This document shows positions 12,301-24,300 of a stretch of 64,000 bases of DNA, one piece after another. The notes beneath the pieces are model-generated. The model did not search any database. It was not told where the DNA came from and was given only the letters and a program-made list of their open reading frames with translations. Where the stretch lies: assembly GCA_013239625.1 (NCBI GenBank), contig MU053304.1, positions 2,976,001-3,040,000 of the forward strand, in the 5' to 3' direction. Made by a program: the position numbers and the translations under genes. This stretch comes from Lama guanicoe. Lineage: Eukaryota. The first letter of the stretch is position 1. Every line of letters begins with the position of its first letter.

Positions 12301-15300
12301 TTATATACAGTCATAAAGGAGATGATAAGAGCTGGTTTAGCACCATGTGCGGCTGTCAAGGAGGCGATGCAGACATTCAATAGCATCTCATGTGAGTATC
12401 AAGAATATGACCCAGACAATAGACTGACAGACATAGAAAACAAACTATGGTTACAAAAGGGGAGAGGGGTGAGGGGAGGGATAAATTAGGAGTTTGGGAT
12501 TAACATATACACACTACTATATGCAAAACAGATAAATAACAAAAACCTACTGTATTGCACAGGGAACTATATTAAATATCTTGTAATAACCCATAATGGA
12601 AAAGACTCTGAAAAAGAACACACATATGTGTATATGTATAATTGAATCACTTTGCTGTACACCTGAAACTAACACAACATTGTAAATCAACTACACTTCA
12701 ATAAGAATATGATATAGGCATAGTCCTGACATAGACTGACAGCACAAAGATGAGGCACATGCAGTTTCTAACATAGCTGGTCAGCAGGGAGATGCCCTGT
12801 AGTGTAGAACGTCACCTATTTATCAAGCAAAACATCGATCTCTCCATAAATTAAATGTACAAACAGATTACTTGCCATCAGCTGAAGCAGTTGCAATAAG
12901 CTTTCCAGTGTAGTCAAAACAGCTGTCTAGTATTTCATCATCATGGCCTGTTAATGTTGCCACACACTTTCCATTTGTAGCATCCCACAGCTACAGTTTA
13001 AAAAAAAAAAAAGAAGAAGACAAAGACTATGACTTCCTATCTAAAGTGCAAAGATGATCAGAAGTAGTCTTTATGACATGTTTATGGCTGGTAAAATACA
13101 CGTGGCCAAAATCACATTTGTAATTTTCACTTGTTGGTTCATTTTACCTTGATTCAGAACCAGAGACCAGAGCCAACCATCTAACAAGGCACACTCTGGA
13201 CATGGAGAAGACCAAAGATAGACATTTAGAATGAGTGGGGCAAATCTGCCACTATATTAGGAAAAAAATCTCAAAATGCATGCTTCACTGATTGGATTGG
13301 AAATGTCTTCTTTTCACATGAAGATCATCAAATGATCAAGAGCTTGATCTGAAACTACACTGTTAGAAAATGAAAAGTACATTAAGCTTATAATACATTT
13401 GCTATATAATCTATAGATCAAATAATAATTCTAAAGCACAAGCTGTTAGCAGCAGGAGCTTAAAGACAGGGAAACACTGTGGTGAGACTCGTTGAGGTTC
13501 ATGGTAATCAAAGTTTAATAAATGAACAGAGGGACATTAAACAAAAATAATGTGCCTTTTTAAAAAAGAAGGTATCTTAATACATTTGAATCAATTAAAA
13601 CTGTTTTACATCATAATTCCTTCAAATTTGGAGGATCAGAAACTTGAAATTTAAAAATTACCAATTATTGTTGATAAATTACCTTCATTTTAAAGCAACT
13701 TTAAAATGTGTTCTTGTCGCAGTGAATACCTGACACGGGGTGAAGTACAGCCACATGACTTATCAAGCAAAGAGATTTCTTGAGCTCACCATGCAGGTTT
13801 TGTCCATAGAGCCAGTTAAGATCAGAGAGCAATCCCAGTTGAATAAGGCGCTGCTGATCTCAGCACAATGCCCGATTAAGGTGTACACCTTCCTATAAAA
13901 ATGGAAATGGTTCAGAGTGGTGAAAAACGTCTCACTTCAGGATACATGCCCAAAGAATGATGTCAAACCCATTGGTGTGAGAGTCTGAATTTTAGTTTTT
14001 ATGAAATAATATCTGTGATGAACAAACAAAGATGGCTTTACTATAGCTCAAAAAGAGGCACCTAGGCTCCTAACTTCATTTCAACAGAAATACACTTAAA
14101 TTTTAAATAAACCGAGATAACAATATTACTTAATACAACACTTGAGAAAGGCATGGATAAAAAATAATAAGTGTAATCTGAAATTCTGGAAGTATTTTCA
14201 CGCCAGATGAGCAGACCCCTTCACAGCTCAGAAGCTATCCATCAGTCATCTGAGGACCCTTCCTCTCTCCCATTTCTTCTATCTCGATCAGCACCCCTGA
14301 TAATTAGCCCCTCTATCAAGTTGCAGACAAGTCCAAGAGTGGAGTTTTACAACACAAGTAAGCTAATTTAGTTAACTGCTTAGCAACTAGAACCAAAAAT
14401 AATAGGAAGGAAATTGAAGTTCTTGGACTAAATTAAATTTGGATCATTAACCGTGATTTTTTTTTATTCATGATACCCATGCCTACCGTAATGACAAACC
14501 ATTGAAATTTGATTATATAGTACACGGGATAAATAATAGCTATATAACCAGGCCATTGCTGGCCTCCCCTTTTTATGTTGTTGTTTGGCATTGATTGCTC
14601 AGAATTTCAAGGAAGCACATATTTTTGGTGGATCAGAAATATCATTAAAGAATGAATTAATTTGCTTTCAACGTGTCTTATTCCTATGGAATCTAAAGCA
14701 AAGTTCATAGATTTAACATTAAACTAATAAATAACAAAGATTATCTTCCTAACCTTCTGATTCAAGTTGAAAAACTCTTAAAAACTAGAATACCTTCCAC
14801 TATCAGCCTCCCACACTATCACTGTGTGATCAAAAGACCCCGTGATGATCCTGTTTCCCAAGGTGTTAAAGGACAAGGAGATAATTTCAGCTGAATGTCC
14901 CTAGAAAAAGAGCAGATGTCATCATGTGTACCTGCAGATAAAACAACTTCTACAAATGCATAACATGATAGTCTAACAGGAAATGCTTTAAAAAAAAAAA
15001 GACAAAGCTATTCTATAGGGAGAAAAGAGACTAGCAGTTGGCTGGGGGTGGGAATAGGGAGGGACTGCAAATAATGAGCAACACAGTTTCTTCTAGGGGA
15101 GGGGTAACAGAAATGTTCTAAAACTTGATTTGGGTGATGGTCGCACAATTCTGTAAATTTACTAGAAATTGACTTAGACACTTGGAACAAGTCTAACTCT
15201 ATAAAGCTGTTTTTAAAGAAAGGAAAAGGACGTGTCAGGAAATCAAAAGGCTTCCTACATACTGTCTTGGAAACGCTCAGAAGGGCTGTATGCTTTATGG

Positions 15301-18300
15301 GCTAATGATTGGTGATGGGCAAAGACAAAACGCTACTGAAATAAAGTTACTAACTTTTTTAAAAAAGAGAATTCTTATGATAATTTAATAAACATCTGGC
15401 CTTTGGCCTGACTTTCACTGGGATACAGTCTGGGGCTGATGAACCAAACCGCATGGGGCCACGGGTGGAGCGAGCCCATCGCAGGAGATCCTGCTTGGAT
15501 ACGGCCCTTGTTTTCCCACCTCTTCTAGTAAATTCACGGAACTACTTTTCTTCACAGCACAGAAGTTCATTTACAAATTAAATTTCTGGTGGACGCCAAA
15601 TGACAAAAGTTAAATGGAGCTGAACATTAAAGTTCTGAGCACCCAAATGTATTCCCTGGTGTCAGGCAGGTGTGCAGAGCAGGACGCGTGATTTCCTAGG
15701 CTCTTAGACATCTGTCCAAAAGAAGGGCGGTGAAGAAGCAACAACCCACACTAATTGACGAGAACTAAGATCAGAGAAAGCACACTTACATTAACAAAGC
15801 CAGGCACTCCAGTTCAAGGGAGAAAAACTCTTGGTGTTAGCTTAAAACACTGCTTTCCCTCTCTTCTTCTAGTTTATTTTTTAACTTTCTCATGAAAAGC
15901 TCTCCTAGAAAATGGGTCCTGTTTTTAAAATCAATTTATAATTCTAAAGGCTAAGATAACATGATTTCCCATCCTACTGTTCCCACTGATTGAAGCAGAG
16001 AATCACCCTTTTCTGTTTGGTAGTTAGGGCTGGGGTGGGAAGAAGTGCAGGGCAGCAGTCATACGAAGGTGCTGGATGTGCGTTGCTGGTGGCAGATGGG
16101 GACCCCGCCAAGATACACCACCAGCATCCACTCTGCGGGCAGTGCCCTTTGGTCTTGTCACCTCCTGCCACTTGCCCCTTGTATTTCAGACTTCGTAATA
16201 CAGGAGGCTTCTAAGACTGGAGGTTAGAGAGGAAGAGAGTTAACAGCATCCCTTTAGGAAATCTTAGAGCCAGTTTCTTCAGTCTTGCCGCTTCCAAAAA
16301 TACCAATTTCTACCTACTTTGCTTTCAGTCAGGTAGGTGATGATAGGTTTTAAGCAATAGTTGGTATGGCTTATAGACTGAAGCTAGTCGAAATAAGAAG
16401 CCCACCTGGTCTCCCCAGGACGCCTGTTGAAATCTTTTGGGATAGCCAGTAAACCAGCTGGAACCCTCTCCCTACATTCTGAAAACCATCTCAAGCTCAA
16501 AAACATCTTCTAACTTAGAGCTCACTTTGCAATAAAAATACAAATAAAAACAAACACAAGTAATAGGCTTATCCTAAGGAACAGCTAATGAAGATGTTAT
16601 TAACATTATTAACATACTGTCAAAGTGAACAGTTCCTCTCCATTCTGAATGTCCCACAGTTTGGCTGTTCTGTCCATACTTCCAGTAGCCACCAATGTAC
16701 TTTGAGGATTAAATGATAAACACACCTGAATTACATGAAATGGGAGAGACGTTAGAAAGTAAGAGTTTTAACTTGGTAATTTTAATACAGACAAGCTTGA
16801 AGATGCAACTACCTTCACAGATTCAACCTTATTCTTTGTACAAATATGCAGCAAATGACAAATACAAGTAGCCGTCTGTCTGCATCCTATCTGAAGCATC
16901 CTTTTCTTGAGAAGAGGCAGCTGTTCTCCCACGTCACCCAGCTCGGGCTTCGAGGAGCACTGGCCGCCCTCAGTCGCTGCCAGACCACAGAAGAACGAGA
17001 GCAAAAGCAAAGCCCATCTCCTTGGGGATTCCTGCTGTCTGGCTCCCACTTTCCCTGTTGCTGTCTTCACAGTCCTGTCAATCACACCCCTTCACTTGCC
17101 GAGGGCTTTGGCTGTTGGCTCACAGTCCCCTTTCTGGGTCCCAGGTGGCCTTTGTGTGGGCCATCCCTCCAGCTCCCCCAGACCCACCATCCTGGATTCC
17201 TTTCCATAATCACTCCCGTGGCCACACCCTGACCTTGCTGTCACCTTCTCTAGAAGATTCACCACCAATACACCAATCTCTTGCTACAATTTCCCAATAC
17301 TTTCGCTTCCTCCCCTCCTTACCAAGCCGCCACCGCAAGACAGCTTCCATCTCATGTCGACCCCTCTCTTTTCTCCTGGTCCATCAACCCCCATTCACCG
17401 GACGCCTGGGAGCATCACTCCTGCCAGCATCCCCAGTAATCTCAGTCTCTGTCTTTCAACTGTACCCTTCTTAAAGCTCCCAACAACCTGCATCAGTCTA
17501 GGATCTTATCCAAGGCAGCTTAAGAAGACAGCACAGCAGATTACTAGTGTTACTCATTCATGCCTTCTGTCCTTAATTGTGGCCTCCATACCATTCTCTA
17601 CCTCATTTAACACACCTCTGACTCAACACCTTCTCCTACTCCCCATTCCTGCCCCCACTCCCATCCTCACACCTCCTCAGTCAATAACCTGACCTCCTAA
17701 CACTTCCCTGGAAACACTGACCTGTCAGGTGGGAGCTTCCTCCCCTGCCCCTCACTTCCTTTCCTTCAGTCTCACATTCAGAGGCATCCCTTTGCCATTT
17801 TAGACACTGATTTTTCTGCACTCTGAGTGGACATGTGCCCACCGATGTTTCCTTCCCTCTGGACTAGATCCTTCCCAATGGCCTGAAAATATGCTTCAGC
17901 TTCTCCCACAGAAAAGTCAAATTCTCCCTTGACTCTATGTGCCCCCTTTTTAACTAACTTTCTTTCCCTTCACAACCAAATTCCTTGGGAAAATAGTTTA
18001 TCATCACATGCTGTTTGCCCATCTTCCACTCTGACTCGACTGGAGCCACTCTGGATAAATGTCCAGTCGAGAAGCTTGGTCGGTCACCTCAACCTCCATG
18101 AGATTCTCGATATTTTCTTCCTTCTGGACTCCTTTGACTGTACTCTGCTTTTCCTCTCTTCTTATTTATTTTTTGTACTTTTAGAAGTTTCTCTCCTCTC
18201 ATCCTCCGTCTCCTCCCCATATTCTACCTTTTCCTTTGGGAAATTTCAATTGTTCAGTGGTTTCTATTGCCACCCAGATGCCGTGACCCACACATCCATG

Positions 18301-21300
18301 TCTTCTCCCCACACCTCACTGCTCAGTTCAGCCCCAAAGAGCCAACTGCCAAATGGATGCCTCTGCCTGGACATCACACAGGGAGATTTTATCACTCTGT
18401 CTCAGACACATGAGTCACGTGAAGAAACCTGCTTCTCTTTTCTGTACAGACTTGGTGAAGGGCACTGTCAGTTGCCCGAGTCTGGAATCAGGGAATCATC
18501 CTAAATACCTTCTATTTCTGACCTGCCTCACATCTACTCCTCCAAACCCACTAAACTCTCTCGCATTCTCCTCACCAGCCTCACGACGGGCTTTCGCCAT
18601 CTTTGCTTGGACGGCTACAGGATTTCCAGGGGCCCATGCTTCTGATATTACCCACCCACCCATTTCTCCTTCACACTGCCAAAAGAATGGTCTTCCCAAA
18701 GAGCAAGACTGGCCACGCCACCTTCCAGCTGAAAAGTTTCAACAGTATGTCAGTATCTCCAGGATAGAGTCCAAATTCCTTAGCGCAGCATTCAAGACCA
18801 GCCATAAATCTACAATATGGCTTCTCCTGCCTCCCCCACTTCAGTCACACAAAGGCTGCGATCTAGCTTCGAAGGGTGACAGGTGTGCCAAGGCACTGAC
18901 ACGTTTAGCCCAGTCAGCTGGGCAGCACCGGGGATCCCTGCTGCCTGTCAGCTCTGACTGTGGGCAGGCAGCTCTCCCCAGTGTTTGCATGTCTGTATTA
19001 GCACCTTCTGTGCGCATCAACACAGGGAGGGTTGGGAAGCACTGCTCTGGGCACCCAGAGCCACTTGGCTTCTGAAGCATCTACCATGGTTACACACCTT
19101 TTCCGGGCATCTGCTGGTGCAGCTCCCTATGCCTGGAATGCACGAGCCACCTCTGTGCAGAGTCTTTCCTGAACACTCCTCCTGGCCAAGAAGGCTTGGT
19201 TGCGCCCTCTGCGCCCTCACTGAACTCCCCACCAACTTCCGACCCACCTACAACATATCTTTGCGCTAACTCACGGACACCTCTACTCCCGCAAAACCGC
19301 ACAACTCCTGGAGGCCGAGAACTACTTCTGACTCGATTTGGCACCGCACGCACGTAGGTCAGGGCTTCACACAGTCAACACCCAGAAAGTAATCACTGGA
19401 GTGATGCTGTGTTCTACGAAAAATACGGGCGCCTCTTCCTAGGAACTATAAATAAAGAAAATCTTTTCAAACTTCCAAGGCAGCACAGAAACGTGGCCAC
19501 GCTATGAGTATAAGGATTATGTCTTTCTTACGACCTTGTGCAAGTCACTATGCTCTCTATGCCTCAGCATCCCCAGCTGTAAAATGGGGAAATATCCACC
19601 CCTTTGGGCTGTTATGAGAAACAACTAAATAACTCTATGTAGAGGGCTTAGGGCAGTGCCCCGTGCATGTTGAGCTCCACTAAAGGGTGAGTTACGATTT
19701 CTCACTGCAGTATCCCCAGTGTCTAGCAAAGTACCTTGAACATACCATGAATATGAAATGAATCTGAAGGATAAAAATACATTTTTATAATAAACAGACT
19801 GTTTATTTTTAAAAGCTATCGCTTGTTCCATAGGGTGCCAATTATCTCCCTAATTGTTAGAAGATGGAACAGATAATCGGCCGAGGGCTTCCCAATAGTG
19901 AGAGCTATTCCTTATGCAAATTTGAGTTTTAATCACATCCAGAAAACAATCAGCTTAATATTTTATATGATATAAAAGAGTTATTTTAAAAGCTATCTTA
20001 AGAACATCATCAACCCTCATCAAGTCAGTTCTCTAAAGACAAGTCCATGAGAAAGAAGAGGTCTGGCTGGATACTCACTGACTTATCGCATTATTTGTCT
20101 GCTTAGTGCAGATATGGGTCTTTGACAGTATCTGCAAGATATCAAAACTAGAGTAGTTTGTAAATTATAACAATACATAAGATATAGACGCTAAAATACT
20201 AGATAGATTTTAAAATTAATTATAAAGGTATAGCCTCTACTTTGACAATGGAATCTTAAAAAGAAATAGCAACGATGTGCCAATGTAGCCTCATCCCCTG
20301 GTGCGGATGCTGACAATGGGGCATCAGGGGAGGGGTGGGGAATATACAGGAAATCTTTGTATGTTTTGCTCAGTTTTGCTATGAACCTAAAACTGCTCTT
20401 AAAAAAGTAAGGTGTATGGAAAAAATAAAAGAAAAAGTAAAACAAAACAAAAACCAAAGGAATGGCAACATAAAAATTTAATAAAATATACTCACTATTT
20501 CTGCTGTATGACCCCTAAAGGTGTGATAGCATTTTCCCGTCTCTACACTCCATAGTTTACAAGTCTTATCGAAGGACCCAGTGGCAATTTTGTCACTAAG
20601 ATTTAAAAATACATGCACAGGATTTGAAAATACATTCAATCACAGTATTTGATGCACAGAATAAAGATAAGAGATATTAATACATGGATCTCTATCTACT
20701 CAGAAATTTACTTTTTAAATAATAAGCAATCCTATATTTGTTTCACTGGATAACAAAATAAAGTTCTAATTTTTGAACAGTATCAGTTTATATGTTTAAT
20801 TTTTAACATTTTCCATTAAATGTACAAATTATGTTTAAGATTATAATAATTTTAATTAGCACAATGAATGTGGTAAAAGATTTAGTTTAGAACATCACTA
20901 ACAAATGGAAATTAACCATGTGTAATATACTAGAGTTGCAGGAACATGGAAAAATTCTGTTAGTAGATCTACTGAAGAGGATAATATCCAATTTAAAAGA
21001 AGGAAAATGGAAAGATATGAATCCAGTTAAACATATGGTTAGATAAGGTTTTGAGAAGTTAGACAGTGCATATCTCCTTGAGAAAATAATACCTATATTA
21101 TTTCCATTGTAAGGTCTTTGAAGAAGAAAGAGGGCTTAGAGAGGAAGTGTGAGAAAAACTCAGTCCCTTTCAGACAGGAGGCTTCCAGTGTTTACCGTGG
21201 AGCAGGGCCACTGTCAACACCCAACAAGTAAGAGATTAGCCTGTTCCACCTTTGATCACAGAACTAAAATCTTTTCCTTTACCCCGACCGCTGTCTGTCT

Positions 21301-24300
21301 TCTGTAGCAAGCCATCAGAATTTCATGCAGTCGGGTCATATTTACAGTGCAAGCTCACTGCCTGAAAGTGTGAGGGGTCTTACAGCCCAAAATTTAAATC
21401 TCAAAGCAAAGCATAAGTGCTCAGCACAGCTGCAGAATTTATAATGACCCAGACCGCACCTAACACCTTGTGTCACTCCTCTGTTCTCAGTCCCCCCGCG
21501 TAGTTTTCTGTGGTCTCTAACACTAGAGGAAAGAAGGGCCCTTTCTGCAATGCTTTCTCTAATTTTTATAATGGTCGCATCTACAACTCCACTTAGTAAC
21601 AATTTTTTTTTCAAATATGTACCTTAATTATGCTCTTGTAGAAGACAGCAGCTTTATTTTCACACTCATATTTCATTAGTTTAAGCAATAGTTAATTAAG
21701 TTAGATAATTAGACATTGAAAGCACGACCAACATAAGCAGGTTTGTGGACAAATAGAACTAACTTTCACAAGTTTAGAACCTCACCAGTGGGAAGAGTGG
21801 TAAAGTATACTGGTGGGTAGTCTAGTTGCTGCAAGCATTCAGGCAGCCGTGGGTACCAGTGGTGTGTCATTCAGAAAGACAGAGAAACTTGGTTAACCTA
21901 CTGAATGGGTTAACCAGAAGTTAGTTTAAAAATACTTCTGTATTTTGTGCTATTATTTAGTGTGTTCCTACACACATTTTTTTCTGCCTGGTAAGACTAT
22001 AAATTGACAGAAGTAAACCATGTTATGCATACAGGTCACATCCTCCAGCACCATCAGTCCAGCACTATTAACAGGGCAGGAGCTGCCTGTCAGAGAACTC
22101 CCAGGGGTAGAGAGTCAGCCTGCCTGAGCCTGGACTCCTGCTCAATTCTCTACTGCTGTGCGATCCTGGGAAAGGTACCTGAACTTTACATACTTTCTAT
22201 GAGGACAGTAATATCTATCCCAAAGCTCCGTTAAGCCCTGAAGATGGTTTTCAAAGCACGTCAGATATTCAGGAAATTTTAATTCTCTGTTTCCTCCTTT
22301 CTTCCTCCAATAGATGGAGGGAGAGAAGAACAAATGGATTAGTGGATTAATAAGGAGTAAGTGAGTGAGTGAATGTTTTTTTACCCGTAAGGATTGTTGA
22401 ATGCTATGGCATAAACCACATTCCTGTGACCCTCCAGGGTGTGAAGCTCCTCTCCAGATGCCGTGTCCCAGAGTTTGCATGTCCGATCATAGCTCCCTGT
22501 GATAAAGCTAACACAAGTAGCATAAACACATCACAAGGTGGGAATAGCAACAGTGTGTCAAAAGAGACCTCACTTTTTGCCTGCAACATTATAATTCCAT
22601 TTATTCCACTTTCTACAATGGAAATTGTGTGTATGCAGAACAGTTAAATTGGGAACAATATCTAAATCCTTTGACTTAGAAATTTTCCAACTTTACCCCA
22701 AACCCAAACTAAATAAAGAGTCATTCTACCAATAATCATTCCTAAAATATAAGTAAGTGTATCTAAGTGATGTTAGTAATCAGAAACCTTTTCTGAAACT
22801 CTAATACATCTCAACAAGCAGCATCATTCTTCCAGCTGATCAAACCATGAAATCTTAGCATCGTCTTTGATTCCGCTCTTTCCCTCACATCCCACACAAA
22901 ATCTATTAGCAAATTCTGTTACTTCAGCCTCACAATACATCCCTAGTATGGCCACTTCTCACCAGCTCCATTGCTTCCATCTCTTGCCTAAACAAATGAA
23001 AACACTTTTTAATAGGTCTCGGCTCACACGTAGTCTTTATAGATCTATTTTCCTCACTGAAACTGGAGTTACCATTTTTAACCTCCCTTAAATGGGCTCC
23101 TAGCAATCTAAAGGAAAATTCAAAGTCTGCTCAGGGCCCACAAGGCTGGAAGCCTTGGCTATCTCTGGGACCCCAACGTCCCCCCAAAACACACCCTGAT
23201 CAGCCACATTCACCTCCCCGCTAGTCTCTGAAGAACTGGATTGTTTCTTTCACACCTGTTAGTCCTTCTACCCATCTGGTTTACCACCCTCTATGGTTAC
23301 CCAGGTCCTGGAATACGACTGGGATACTGAGAAGTGTTCAATAAATAGGTGTTTAATATTTAACAATCCTTTAATGCGACTTCTACTACAGGAGTTCCTA
23401 GTATATTGACCTCTAATAGTTTAAAGTAAAACAGCAGTATCTTAGTTATTCCTTAAATACTCCATGAGGAAAGATATTTCCCAAACACAGGGGAAAAATG
23501 CACATTTTTGAAAAGCCAGTCTTAATGTGAAGTGGTAAAAATAAAAGGTGGTAAATTCTGGTCTCTAAATCCAACTAAACAGGAAGGTTGACAAGGCAGC
23601 GTATCTTTGGTTCTCTACTAAGCATTTCCTCCTAGCTTCTTGGGGAATATAAATTGGTACAATCATTACGGAACACGGCATGGTGGTTATCAAAAAATTA
23701 AAAACGGAATTACCACATGACCCAGCAAGACCATTTCTGGGAATATATCCAAAGGAAATGAAATCAGGACCTCACAGAGACACCTGCATTCCCCTGTTCA
23801 TTGCAGCATTATTCACTATACTCAAGGTATGGAAACCACCAGAGTATCTGTCAAAGGATGGACAGATGAAGAAAATATGATATATACATGTATATAATGA
23901 AATATTATTTGGCCATGAGGAAGAAGGACATCCTCCCATTTGCTACTACATGGATAAGCCTGAAGGACACTATGCTCAGTGAAACAAGCCAGACACAGAA
24001 GGACAAATACCATATGATCTCACTTAAACATGGAATCTAAACAAATAAATAAATAAAGTTAAACTCACAGAAGCAGCAGTAGTTACCAGGGGCTGGAGGG
24101 GTGGGAAATGGGGAGATGTTGGTCAACGGGTACAAAGTTGCAGTTATGTAAAAATAAGTCTAGAGATCGAATGTACCGGCACGATGACTATGGTTAATAA
24201 TACTGTACTGAATACTGGAAATCCGCTGAGAGAATAGACTTCAGATGCTCTCATCACATGCATAGAAATTGGTCATGTAAGGAGATGATGTGCTAATTAG

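Larger units (their letters stand above)
6841..12830. repeat. Degenerate 43-bp tandem array in DAW1 intron 10; approximate consensus (+) GGAGATGATGCAGACACAGTGTAGCATCACACATGGTTATCAA
   Basis: Period counted directly, e.g. 7261-7303 ggagatgacacaggcctagtttagcatcatacatggccatcaa and 7304-7346; motif recurs throughout ~6 kb. Confidence 0.93.

Noticed and set aside
6841..12830. 43-bp array as a CRISPR array or a repeat-protein exon
   Set aside because: Mammalian intron; the whole unit is degenerate with no repeat/unique-spacer alternation; period not divisible by 3; listed ORFs are short, stop-bounded and lack a conserved peptide
17929..19075. Long plus-strand ORFs (191 and 240 aa)
   Set aside because: Lie in decayed L2 sequence, low complexity, no recognisable domain
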